A stretch of 64,000 nt of DNA from Octopus sinensis (taxonomy: Eukaryota), in assembly GCF_006345805.1 (NCBI RefSeq), contig NC_043001.1, positions 126,356,001 through 126,420,000 of the forward strand, in the 5' to 3' direction. The notes beneath the pieces were generated by a model. It was not told the DNA's origin, searched no databases, and saw only the letters and a list, made by a program, of their open reading frames with translations. Both the position numbers and the translations under genes were made by a program. Positions 27,087 to 44,349 of the stretch are shown one piece after another (position 1 is the stretch's first letter; each line of letters begins with the position of its first letter).

Positions 27087-30000
27087 TAGTTGATTATTTA
27101 ACTGCAGTATGTTTAAATTGAACACGTTTTAGGAGTTTTTAGACGTAAATGTTCTTAATAGTGAAATGCTAATTGAAAAACGAAAGGAATTTCTCTTTCG
27201 GTGATGCAATTCCGCAACACAAACATGGGTTGAAGATTAAAATAACAAGAGGAGAGGGAGAAACAGAGAGAGAGAGAAAGAGGGAGAGAGAAGGGCGGAG
27301 AGGGTGAAAGAGAGAGCGAGAGAGGGAGTAGAGAGAGGGAGAAAGAGCTACGTTGAGTATACAACATCTGTAGTTCCATTACATAACCAGACGAAATATT
27401 TCTTTAACTGTGCTCTGTACCTATGTGTGTGTCTGCAAACGTATTTCTGAAACAATTTGCTTTCGTGTCACTGACTTCTTTCACGTATTACACAATGCTT
27501 GAGAGATGTCGTTGAATAGAGCTGGACTGTGTATTGAATGTCCATTTTAGTGAGCATAAAAGCAGAATAAAATGAATAATACAAAATAGGCGTCTAATAT
27601 TTTTTTATCAAAAGAGATTGTTTCGTATCGCTGCGACGTTACTAAACGATTCTGGACGTCCTAGTTTCAATAATTTCGGAAATACCAGAGTAAGCCTCTC
27701 AAACAGCCAAGCAAACAAACAGACAAAACTGGATTAACAATGAAGACACCAAACGTCTACATGGTTGAATACAGAGGATGGAAAAGAGAGGTACAACAGA
27801 ATTACCGTTGATGTTTATTTAGCTTCAGGTCAACCACGATCGTACAAGCTTATTGTGAAAGGCATTCCAGCCGTGTCTGTCTCATATCCTTAAGGGTATG
27901 CAGAGGTTCATTATCAAGGCGGTAGCGGCATCTTGGGGTGAGGTGGGGCAACATTGTGAGCCGACTGAGGAGCAGTAAATGTCAGAAAGGTGCTAGGTGT
28001 TTAGAGTGAATCGTGATCTTTGTTAGAAATAAAAGTATTTGAATCAAGTACGATACTTATTTAAACACAATTAAACACATTTTCAATAATTTTTTGTTGC
28101 GATTAAAATATGACTGGTAGATGGGTTTTTTCAGCCAGTAGAAACATGGCTGCCGCTGCTGCTGATGATGATGATGCTAATGACGACGATGATGATGCAA
28201 TAATATTCAATATAATTTTAGTGTATAAATCATCGCCCTCCTTCAAGTTTAAATTTAACATAGTCCGCGTAAATATCTAAAAGCAGGCACACACTGGAAG
28301 AGACAATACAAGAAATGTATAATAAACCGCTGAGCAAAAATAGGTTCTGTCTGCTTTAAAATACTTCTCTTTTCTTTCTTTCTTTCTTTCTTTCTTTTTC
28401 TGTTTTTCTTTCTATTTTAGCAAAACATGTAAAGGAGGAGTTAATAAAACGCAATTCGGTAAAATGGGGGTACTGAATTATAAAAAAGTTTGAGAGCTAC
28501 AGATCTAATATGTTCACTATATATATGATAGTAGGGTGTAATTTGGAGGACATTTGACAGCTGTTTTAAAAGGGTGACTGACTAAATTGAGGCTTTCTCT
28601 ATAGCGATCATTTGATTCATTCGTCTGTCGCATCCACTGGCATGAAGTTAGTCGCGGCCCTATACTCCTAACGGAGTAATGTGAACTAAAACCTTTCCTC
28701 AGACAAACTGCATTGCAATGTTTTTTTCTTTTTTAATTTCATGCACAAAACCCCACCGAGCTCATCTTTGCCAGTTATCTTTTCGGAGTCGATAAATAAA
28801 ACACCAGGTAAATACAAGGATCAATTTCATCGCCTCACCTGTCTCTCATGTGAATATCCGGCATTGTACTTAAATTACAAATTATAAAGACGGTGGAGTG
28901 GTCGAATCTTTAGAGCAGCGTACAAAAAGGCTTTGCGGTATTTGTTGTCGCTAATGACGTTCTGAGTTCAAATACCGCCGAGGTTCTCTTTGATTTTTTT
29001 CATACTCGTGGAGTTAATAAAAGAAATTACTGCTGAAGTGCTGATGGTAATTTTGTTAATAGAAAATTAACGCTTTGCCTCCACCAAAATTGCTGGTCTT
29101 ATGCCTTAATTAGAAATTATCATTAAAACCACGATAGTAACAACAATAACATCATCATCTTCATCCTCATCCTCCGTTATCATCATCTACTCCACTATGA
29201 CCACCACGTATGCAACGACTGATAGCTACTACCATCGTATTCAGCTAGAAACAATGATCGCTTCCACGAAAATGCACGACGTCTTTTTACCACGATGCCA
29301 AACACATCATCATCATCATCATCATCATCGTTATTCTATGACTTAACATCAGTTTAATTAACTGCCAAGACCATCATCAAAGCGATGACGTTTAGTGGCA
29401 CGATTGCCATCCTAGCAGCCGATATGACACGATAAGACACTCTCACACTCACAGACTCACTCACATCACACAACATATACACTCAGACACAGACTTAAAC
29501 ACACTGATATATACACACAACGCGCGCACTCGCACACACACACACACATGCACACTGAACGGGCACCACACACATACAGACACATGTGCAGACCACATAC
29601 ACAAACACATAACATATCGCACACATGCGCATAACGTACACGTTCGGGCATACCACTGTCACACAGGTGCATAAGCACAAGGACAGACTGAGACACTGGA
29701 ACACACACACACACACACACACAAAAGACCTAGTCATTCACATATACATATGATAACACTGAAAAATTGATACCTATGCATACACACGCACGCAAATGCA
29801 CACATACAGATATACACCCACAAGCACAGGCATATATACATTGATACATGCACGCGCGCACACACATACACACATATACACACATATATACAAACATGGC
29901 TGTGTGGTTAAGATGCTCACTTTTCAAACACGTGCTTTCGGGTTCAGTCCTATTGCGAGGAATATTGGGTAAGTGTTCTCTACTATAGCCCCGAATATAC

Positions 30001-31504
30001 CAATTTTTTAATAAATTTTGGTAGTCGAAAACTGTGTGGAAGCCAATATATATAGTATAATTATAAACAGGGCAAATTTTAGCCATTTCTCCGCAGACTG
30101 AGAAAATGATGAACAACCTTAATCGAATTTCGAACTTTATTGGGTTTCTCATCGGAGGCGTTCAAATCATTTTGACAATCTTAAGAGAAACAAACAGTCA
30201 AACTGTTTATATACTCAATAAATGCAGCAGTTACTCTATGATGGAGTCCCTAATTTGATATGTATGTATGTGTGCGCGTGTGTTTATGTTCTTATGTATT
30301 TATGTGTGTGTATGTGTGAATGTATAAATATATAGTTTTTGTGTGTGTATGTATGTATTTTGCGTTTGTGTTTGTCCACTACCATCGCTTGACAACCGGT
30401 GATAGTTTGTTTACGTTTCTATAATTTAGAGGTTCGTCTACAAAGAGGCCGATAATTTAAGTACCAGACTTCAAAAAAAAAAAGTACTGGAGCCGATCAG
30501 CTCGATGAAACCCTTCATTGCCGTGCCCCAGGATGGACGCAGTCCAATCATTGAAAGAATAAAAAAATAAAAGATAGAAGATATGCAAAATTTTATTGAT
30601 AGGTACAACCCGCCGACCTGTTTAACACTACTGTCCGATCTTTAGGTACTTTCAGAGAAGTTAAACTCTGCTGCAAATATGGGGAACGAGCCCCTATTCC
30701 ATCATGCTTCCCACGCTACGTATATTTTCTCTGCAGACAACCTAATCAATCTTACCAGTCGGAGATGACCCTCATTCCTACACAAGACTGGAAATGTTGC
30801 AAAGGAGTCCTGGGGAGTGTTCCCTCATCTTTTATAAATGACTGTGTCTGTGGAATAGGCTCGTGCTAAGATGCAAATATGATGCTAATATAACAAACCA
30901 AATATGCTGTTAATGTAACAAGCCAGTTTAAGACGGTGAACTGGCGGAATTGTTAGCACAGCGGGCGAAATGTTTAGCGGCATTTCGTCCGTTTTTACAT
31001 TTTAGATTCAAGCTCCGCTGAGGTCGACTTTACCTTTCATCTTTTCGGCGCCGATAAAAGTAAGTACCAGTTGAGCACTGCGGTCGATGTAATTGACTTA
31101 ACCCCCACCCCGAAATTGCTGGTATTGTGCTAAAATTTGAAACCATTATAACTAGGCAGTAAGTCAGTCAGGTCAGCTGGCAGAATCGTTAGCACACCGA
31201 GCAAAACACTTAGCAGTGTTTCGTCCGGTTTTACGTTCTGGATTCAAATTCCCCCGAGGTCAACTTTACCTTTCATCCTTTCAGGGTCGATAAAATAAGT
31301 AGCAGTTGAACAGTGGGTTCGATTTAATTGATTTATCTGTTCTCGAAAATGCTGGCCTTGTGCCAGTATTTGAAACCAAAACAAAGAGCTAGCGAGAAAG
31401 TCTTTATGTGGTCATTAAATTTATAAGAAATAGCGACAAGACCTCCCTCATACTGCGATATATTGTGTTTAAAATATGAATAACTTATTGGATGATATAG
31501 ACTT

Positions 31505-31826
31505 TATTCTTTTATTCTTTTATTTGTTTCAGTCATTTGACTGCGGTCATGCTGGAGCACCGCCTTTAGTCGAATAAATCGACCCCAGGATTTATTCTTT
31601 GTAAGCCTAGTACTTATTCTACCGTGTTATATTGCCGAACCGCTAAGTTACGGGGACGTAAACACACCAACATCGGGTTTCTTTCAGTTTTCGTCTACTT
31701 GAGCCACTCACAAGGCTTTGGTCGGCCCGAGACTATAGTAGAAGACACTTGCCCAAGGTGACACGCAGTGAGACTGAAACCGGAACCATGTGGTTGGTAA
31801 GCAAGTTACTCAGCACCTAGCCACTG
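31505..31826 (-). mobile_element. Bipartite tRNA-derived SINE
   Basis: Reverse-complement head and tail motifs of the same family. Confidence 0.88.
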
Positions 31827-33236
31827 CAGGATGGTCACACCAGGGGTAACTAATCGTCAATCTGATCAGTGGGGCCTGATCTTGGAGCAAGCATCAACAA
31901 TAAAAGCTACTTATATAATCATATCTGTACCAATCCAGGAAAGTGGATTAACAGAATTGTTAGAATATAGGACTGTATGCCCTGCGGCATTTTCCCGGCT
32001 CTTTCTGACCTGCTTTGAAATGTCGCCATGACCAACACGGGTGGTAAACTTAACCGTCGGCCGGCCTAACACCGCCAGCTGACAACTTGACTGCCTTTGA
32101 GACAGGATCCATTCTGTTGCCGGCTTTCGTCCCCTGTTTTGAGATACCTGAAAATACGTGAGGACGAAAGCATAAATGACACATATGAAACAATTTCAGA
32201 TACTATGAACAAAATTATAGCAAGTACTTTTATCTTCTGATAAAAGAACAATAAAACATGTAGGGCAAGTTTTTCAAACACCTTAAGTACGAACATATAT
32301 TTTCTAAAGCGTTTAATTGTATTCTTGAAAACCTGTAGCGAGACTAAATACCTCCTGCAATGCTTCGTTTAGGAACCGCTCTACTATATCTATTGAAGTA
32401 AAGATTATTGAGCTAATGATGTATCCTCGTAAGTTTCTAGTGCTCACCACAATAAATATGTTAAGGCTAACTTAACTGTTGTTTTGTCAAGCGGATAGCG
32501 TCTCTGAGCACTTAACCTCAGTGTTTTTCTTTTCTTAAAGAAAAACTATCAGTTGATATCGTATTATAAGAGTTCTATTTTGGTGACAAAATAACTGCTA
32601 TGTGTAACCTTGACAACATTATTAATTTTCAGAAGACAAACGCAAACGCAGACAACATAAAGCGGGAGAGATAGAGTGATAGATATATGGATAGCCAGAA
32701 AGACAGATAGACAGACGGATAGATAGATAGACAGACAGATAGACAGACAAACAGAGACATAGACGTGATATATGGATAGAGAGATAGGCAGACATACATA
32801 TATATGTATCAATGTATGTACGTATACATATATGTATATGTATATATATATATGTATATGTGTATATGTATATATTTCTATATGTATATATGTATAATAT
32901 ATATATGAGTTTATGTATATATGTCTATATGTATATATGTATTATATGTATACATACATACATAAATAGCTGTGTAGATAACTTAATACATTGATACAAA
33001 GGGAGATAGAGAGAGATGGTTGATCGATAGAAAGACAGTCAGGCAGACGTATAGAGGTCGATAGATTATACGACAGATATACAGATACAATGAATGATGG
33101 ACAGGCAGCGAGACAGACAAACAGAGAGATGGATGAGTAAGACAGACAGACAGATAGATAGGTAAATAAAGAGGAAGAGAGAGAGAGAGAGAGAGATACA
33201 GGCAGGCAGAGAGATAGATAGGTAGATAGATAGATG

Positions 33237-33296
<60 letters not shown>

Positions 33297-33645
33297 AATA
33301 GATAGATAGATACATAGATAGATAGACACAGAGATCATGAAGTAAATTGAACTAAATGAAAACAGAAAGAAGATTGAGATACATTCAGTTACATTTATAT
33401 CTATCGATTTGCTTTGACTAAAATCTATGGCGAAAAATACGTAAACATTTGCCCTGCATCAAATTTTATATTCGAGTTGCATGTGCCGTTTGTTGTCTGA
33501 ATTCCAGTGAGAGGCGAGGTGAGGGGTGGTGCGCTGTGGTAATATTAAATGGTCTATCATTTAGGAAAATTTGCAGCGAACAGACGATGAGGTTTGCACA
33601 TGCCTACGTGTATATTTATAGGCAGACAGGCGAGCGAGTGAGAAT

Positions 33646-33688
<43 letters not shown>

Positions 33689-34613
33689 GGAAAGAGAAAA
33701 AGGGGAGATGAAGAGAGAGAGAGGCGGGGAAGGAATTTGTGTGCAGCCGTGAACGTTTATGCGTAGACATGAGATTATGTGCGGATGAGTGGAGGAGCTG
33801 TTGACTTGAATGTGTGGATAAACTTGGCTTCGCAACCATGTGAATAGGGGTTAGATCCTAACTGCTCAGAATCTTGGACATGTTTTTTCTACCATGGGTT
33901 TGGTTAGGCTAATATCGACTCTCAGTTTCACGTTTCCAAACTTCGAACAAAATTTAAAGAATGAAATAGAAAAACGTTTAAAGAATTTATTTTTATAATG
34001 GAAAGTGAAGGGCAGTATTTGATTAGAGGCACGCGTAAATATAAAAGCAATTAAATGAGAACAAATCATTAGATATAAAATAACTAAATAATGGCATAAT
34101 GCAATCATATTGATTTCAAATTTTGGTACAAGTCCAGCTGCTTCGGTTGAAGGGTTTAGGCTATTAGATCGAGCCCAGTGCTCAACTGACAATTTACTAA
34201 CTCCGACTGAGCTTTCGTCGCAAGTAATGGCTGAAGTCCATTGAGTCAAATTCGTTGGCAGTTGTCTTAAGTATACAAGCTAAAGATGGTGATATATTTG
34301 AATTGTGATCTATAATATTCACTTAAACTAGATGTTTAACTTAATATAATGCTGAAATTTGTTGGAACTGCATAAAAATTAACTAAGATAAATACTTAAA
34401 TTCCAGTCATTACGTACGATGATATTGATTAAATAAAGTAGTCACTTACTTTCTCCTGAACTTACCTGCAGATTGTCTGTTGACGTGTTTGGATATTAAT
34501 TCATAAGCCATCATCTCAATAAAGGCACCAGTGATAAAGCTTATGTTCCTAACAACGCAGCAAATATTTTAGTTCACGAACTGCCAAATATCGTTCTTTT
34601 TTTTATGCCATTA

Positions 34614-35413
34614 CTAGCAGCATAGCCCGGCGTTGCCCGGGTATGTAAGAGCCCCTAGTAGGCAACGACTAATCCCAATCTAGTCCTTTTCCTCTAGGGA
34701 ACGAAGGCGCATGTGTAGGTTGTAATGTCTTCTCTTCACTCCCAAATAACTATCAAACAGCTATCGATAATTCAACCCAACCAATTCCTACCAAGGAAGA
34801 AATTACATTCGAGACTTTACCCCCAACTTCTGCTAATAGCTGCTGCTGCCGCAAGTTATTCGAATACTTTTTTTGTTTACACTTTCTTTATAACTACCAC
34901 CCCAACCGTTTTACCTTAAATTTTTGACGTACCCTAAGAGTCCTCGGACGCTACTTGCAAACTCTTGGTTTATTATAAACCGCTTTTGTCGTGTGCATCA
35001 AAAAACCTTTTCCATTCGTTTGTTCAGTTTGGTCACTTTTGACTTTTTCGTTGTTGTCACTCACATTGCTGCACGCTTTTTTGCCGTTTTTGTACATTTT
35101 TATACATTTTGGGATACTTACCGCACGTGTTCCGAGAGTTAAAAAGGTCGACTTGCGTCCCCTAGACAGTCTGTAGAAAATGTGTTGCATATAAAAAGCT
35201 TAGATACTCGACCCATGTCGAATTTATCGATTTTTTTTCAGAACTGGGGGAACTTTTCAAAATTTTCGCTGCGTTAGTTTTGAATTATGACATTGGGCTA
35301 TGTGTGTGTCAAGTTTCATCAGAATCGGTTGAAAGCCGTGGTCAGGGTGAGGGTACAACCTGGCAGACACACAGACACGCAGACAGACAAACTGCCGTTT
35401 ATATATAGAGAGA
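34614..35413 (-). mobile_element. Complete non-autonomous Helitron
   Basis: On the minus strand it begins A|TCTCTCTATATATAAA and ends with the GC hairpin CCCGG-GCAACG-CCGGG, 8 nt, then CTAG|T. Inserted between A and T with no TSD; (TCTG)n near the 5' end. Confidence 0.85.
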
Positions 35414-36396
35414 TTTGCTTTTACATATCTCTTACCACATCCACGACGGAGTATTCTCTGTATTTAGGTTACAGACTTACATTAGTACATCTGTGATTAT
35501 GATTCCGATCATTGTAAGAAGACGACATAAATGTTGTAATGATTTTTTTTTTAATTAGCACCATGGAGTGACTTGAATTAAAGCATAAAAAAAGGACGAA
35601 GCATAGGTGAAGTGGCTTGGATTAAAGAACTGAATTATCGTTTAGCCAAAACGAAGACGAGCTGTCGTGTGGTTAAGCAAAATCCAGCCTTGATCCAGCC
35701 TAGATTTATATCCCATTTTTAGCCACCTCGGTGACATTCAAGATGCTGTTGTCTAATGCAGTGAAGAGTGTTATTTGATGGAAATTTAGCTGTTAATTCT
35801 AAGAGATCAAACCTTCACGAAGGTTATCTATTTGACACGAAAAACATTTTGTTTAACATGATGCAACATCGTAATCCAGTATGAAACTTGTATATCTATA
35901 ACAATAAACGCAAAATTCTGTCTATCCGGGATTCCTGTATCTCAGTCTACCTTTGCTCTGCAAAGACATATTATACCTTTTCCGAATCAAGATGATCCCG
36001 AGATCGAAAAATTGCCCCTCATTTGGTCCTTGAACATCCAGCATTGGGATTAGGTCTGGATGAGTATTTGTTATATACTAACAGCTGAAAATTCAAATTT
36101 TAAAAGGACTCCAAAAATTTATGAATTTACAAGTTTTCCATTTAAACTGAATTTAAAGTAATACCATATTGGCAGGGTACCAAAAAATGCTCTATTATTG
36201 TCCTCTTGAATTTTATGTCGTATGCCCGATTATCCCTCCGCACATAGCATTTCTTAAAAACCCGTGATACGTAAAGCAGTCATAGATACAGCATGATTTG
36301 AACTTAAACTAAGGTGGTTCAAAGTCCACCCTCTTTAAGAAATAACTACAAAAATCAGTGCAACTAATTTCACTGTATTAATGGTATATAGTTTAG

Positions 36397-36786
36397 TGGA
36401 GGCGCAATGGCCTAGTGGTTAGGGCATCGGACTCGCGGTCATAGGATCGCAGTTTCGATTCCCAGACCGGGCGTTGTGAGTGTTTATTGAGCGAAAACAC
36501 CTTAAAGCTCCACGAGGCTCCGACAGGGGATGGTGGTGGCGATCCCTGCTGTACTCTTTCACTACAACATTCTCTCACTCTTACTTCCTCTTTCTGTTGT
36601 ACCTGTATTTCAAGGGGCCGGCCTTGTCACTCTCTGTGTCACGCTGAATATCCCCGAGAACTACGTTAAGGGTGCACGTGTCTGTGGAGTGCTCAGCCAC
36701 TTACACGTTAATTTCACGAGCAGGCTGTTCCGTTGATTCGGATCAACCGGAACCCTCGTCGTCGTAACCGACGGATTGCTTCCACA
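36397..36786 (+). mobile_element. Young tRNA-derived SINE (OR-like)
   Basis: Full-length copy, tggaggcgcaatggcctagtgg...cgacggattgcttcca. Confidence 0.9.
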
Positions 36787-37571
36787 GGTATGTATTTTAT
36801 CGAACCGGAAATTTAAAAATATAAACTCAATTCAAAACTGCGCTAGGTGAAACCGGAAATTCCCCCATACAATCATCTCCACTATGAAAATATGTAAATA
36901 AATTGAACAATAATATATATTTATTTCGTTTGTTTGCACATTTGGAGTGGGTAAGAGGTTAAATTGCTTTAATCGTTGTTTTGTATTTTGTAAAACTTAG
37001 CAACGGTTAAGTTGTAGATTTTGTGAAAATCGCGTTCACTACGTAACATACTAGGAATGTCTTTTGTAAGGTTAATTATGTGTGCGTGTGTGTGTATGTG
37101 TGTGTGTGTGTATGTGTGTATGTGTGTGTCTGTATGTGTGTGTGTGTGCGTGCGGTATGTAAGTATATATTTTTACGTATGTATATATGCCTATGAACAT
37201 CTGTCTATCTAAATATCTATCTGTATGTGTGTCTTTATGCACACACATATATGTATGTATACATACACAGACGCACACATAAGTGTGTGTATGTGTGTGT
37301 GTGTGTGTGTTTATTTATGAAAATATGTAAGGAAGGAAGCATGAATGACACGTTTGAAACGAAGTTGAAAGTGAGTGTCTGACGTTTTCACGTCTCATTT
37401 ACGTTCACGTCAATTCTTCGTTGAAGGAATATCGACATATATAATTCGTTCACTTCTAGATTTTGCAAAAGTGTAACGTTAAACAATACTCCAGTTTTTG
37501 ACCAGCTTACGCATATACACAAATTCATAATGATTGTCTTTCAGCTCTGTCTACTTTCCTGTCTCCCTTCC

Positions 37572-37618
<47 letters not shown>

Positions 37619-37678
37619 CTTTCTCTCTCTCTCTCTCTCTGTATATATATATATATATATATAAATATATGTGTGTGT

Positions 37679-40655
<2,977 letters not shown>

Positions 40656-40658
40656 TAT

Positions 40659-40995
40659 ATATATAAAAAAAGGAAATGAAGAAAATGCTGACAAAATAAT
40701 TTAAGTAAGGTAGAGTGTATTTAATTAGGTGAAAGTTCTTTTTACCGATTGCGCATTCGTTATGCTTATCAAAATATATTTTTTAAGAGAGATAGAGTTC
40801 CTTTCTGATAGATTTTTTCTCTTACCAGATAAGAGAAAAAAATCTATCAGAAAGGAACTCTATCTCTCTTAAAAAAATATCTTTTGATAAGCATAACAAA
40901 TGCGCAACCGGTAAAAAGAACTTCACCTAATTAAATACACTCTACCTTACTTAAATTATTTTGTCAGCATTTTCTTCATTCCTTTTTTTATATAT
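40659..40995. repeat. Near-perfect palindrome of about 337 bp
   Basis: Arms of about 165 bp around the 5-nt loop ccaga (40825-40829). Confidence 0.95.
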
Positions 40996-41407
40996 CACAA
41001 CTCGTGTTCACACCTCCTCTCTTTAAAAAATATATATATATATAATATATATATATTATATATACATATATATATATAAATATATATATATATATGTATT
41101 TGTGAGCGTGTGGCGTGCGCGCGCGCGTGTGTGTGTATCTGTCTGTCCCTGCATGATAACTGGTATCAGTGTGTTTATGTCCCCGTCACAGCGTTTGGCA
41201 AAAGTGGCCGACAGAATAAGTACTAGGCTTCAAAAATTAAGTCTAAGGGTCAATTTGTTCGACTAAAACCCTTCAAGGCGGTACCCCAGCATGGCCGCAG
41301 TCAAATGACAAACAAGTAAAATATAGAATACATATAGGGAATTTGAGAATATAGATATCTTTGTGTTCGCGTATATATATCTGAATGTAAGAATTTATTT
41401 ATCTATA

Positions 41408-41463
<56 letters not shown>

Positions 41464-41605
41464 AGGTAATGGTATCATTGAGACCCAAAGGTGTCAGGTA
41501 ATGCTGAATAAGTGCTAGAGACAGACCATGGTTAAGTTCCAGATTCGGTAATATTGCGAATAAAGGGTTCAACGTTGGTTCAATGTCAGCGTGTGTATAT
41601 AAGAA

Positions 41606-41717
41606 TTTTTTGCGTAATAAGATAAAATACCAAGGCTGTGTAGATATTAGAGCATTTATATCTATAAATGCTCTAATATCTATACACCCTTGGTTTTTTA
41701 TCTTATTACGCAAAAAA
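41606..41717. repeat. Palindrome of about 112 bp
   Basis: ttttttgcgtaataagataaaa...agcatttata-tc-tataaatgct...ttttatcttattacgcaaaaaa. Confidence 0.92.
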
Positions 41718-41722
41718 AAAAG

Positions 41723-41773
<51 letters not shown>

Positions 41774-42198
41774 GGATCTTTTCGGTTTGAACGGCAGTTT
41801 TTTCTAGCAGTATCATATGAAATTGTCACCCATAATTATGACCCTAGTATTGATCTATTGAATTTCAATATGTTTTAGGATTAGGGTTAGTTAGGGTTAG
41901 GGGTGAGGGGAAGGGTATCTTTTTTCTTCAGAAATGTAAATAAACCCAATCTGTTTCTTAAACGATGGATATATTATTCATACGGCACAGAATGTTTTCA
42001 CCTCAATAGACGTCATTGATTGGTTGAAATTGCAGAAATTGAAGAGAAACAACAAATATCTTACAAACTATAGAAATTTCTCAATAAAGCCAAGAGAAAA
42101 AGATGTTTATAAACACATTCTACTAGTATACGAAGTTTAAAAGTGTTTAGTTACGTGGAAATTATTTTAAAAAACTGCCGTTCAAACCGAAAAGATCC
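41774..42198. mobile_element. Non-autonomous TIR element (MITE) with internal TTAGGG-like repeats
   Basis: Perfect 30-bp TIRs GGATCTTTTCGGTTTGAACGGCAGTTTTTT. It sits in (TA)n, so TSD length and superfamily cannot be resolved. Confidence 0.85.
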
Positions 42199-43629
42199 AT
42201 ATATATATATATAATATATATATACATCATATATATATATATACATATGTATGTAATATATGTATTTAATATACGTATGTATGTATTTATGTACATTGTT
42301 GAGTTGAGATCAAACTAAAACGTAAGGTCTTAAGGTGGATTACTTATTTCTCCGGGTATATCGGTCTCATTTGTTTGTACAGGAAATGGGCGATGAGAAC
42401 ATACATACCCAAATCTCACTTGCGCACGCAGCGCACACACACATACGCACGCTCATGCACATTTGGTCCTGGACCTGTGTGTGCGTGTGTGTGTGTAAAT
42501 CCTTGCATGTATGTGTATCGTTGTGTGCTTACATCATTCAGAAATCCAGGTGAACATCGGAGTCAAATATCAAATGTTTTTCTTGTCTACTCGGCTATGT
42601 GTAATTAGCATTATCCGTGCACTCACCCCACATACAAACAAGCACGCATGCACATAAACACACACACACACACTAACACACACACACTCAAAAAAAAACA
42701 GACACGCGCACACATCCACACACCTACAGGTATATATATTTACTTTGTAGGTGTTGTTTATATTCCTTTAATTAAGGAGATGATAAAAACTGAAGTAATG
42801 AGGTATTTGATATTTTTGAGTTAACAGAGCGCAGAACAGAACAAGCAGGAAGGAAACCTCTGATGCCTCTACCTGCTCGATATATATACTAGAAATAGCA
42901 GCCAAACGACTCCCTATTTGAACCTAACATCTTAAAAATAATGAAGGATACTGGGCCAAGTAATTCTGTATACACAATGTAATTTTGGACATCACTATCA
43001 CGTTGGGGACGACTTTGGTCGCAGGTCTCTGATAAACCACGTGTGACCTTGGGTTAAACGATTACACTAGAGTCATGGTAGCGTGGCTAAGAATTTGGTT
43101 TCGCTGCCACGAAGTTTTGAGTTCATATTCTCTCTACGCTTTGGAACGTGTGGTCTACCGTAGACTCGGGATGTTAACCGAAATCTTGGGTAGCGGAATG
43201 TTTGAACTAAACACAGGATACAACACCCAGAAAAGAAAAACAATGACAACAACAACAAAACCATATCGGTCTCTCTTATATGTGCTACGCCTCAGTATAT
43301 CAACACATAGACTTCACACTATTTGCATATATGTTCCAGACTGGAAATTCGTTTCGTTTCGAGGTGTCTCCAGTACATGGTACCGATTAGCCACAATAAT
43401 GGCGAAATATTCATAACAATCATTCTCGATCATCTCCAGGGAAGTTATCTCGCCTGGTCTGGGATATTCAGTGTTCTTTGATACTCGGCGTCGTGTAGGG
43501 AGCTGTCCCAGGACGCTATGTCGCAGCAAATGGGCGAATAAGCAAAACACACAAACTATGTATGTGCGACTGATAATATTTGCATTATTAGAGTTGCGTT
43601 TAATTCGTAATTTCATGTATATATATACT

Positions 43630-44140
<511 letters not shown>

Positions 44141-44349
44141 TATATATATATATATATTAGTAGTAGACTTATTACTATTCGCTATAGGGACTGGTAACCA
44201 CTATGAGCTGTAGTGGAGAACAGTTCACAAGTATGATGAGGCTGACCAAAGAATTTTAATTTTAGATATATCTGGGGTACTTATATGTACTCATGATTTT
44301 TGCTTCGGCTTTTTTCCATGGGCGCATGTAAGTATCTTATTTATATCCT

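Noticed and set aside
36397-36470. tRNA-like heads of SINEs as tRNA genes
   Set aside because: They continue into multi-copy SINE bodies with TSDs and lack a proper acceptor stem and terminator.
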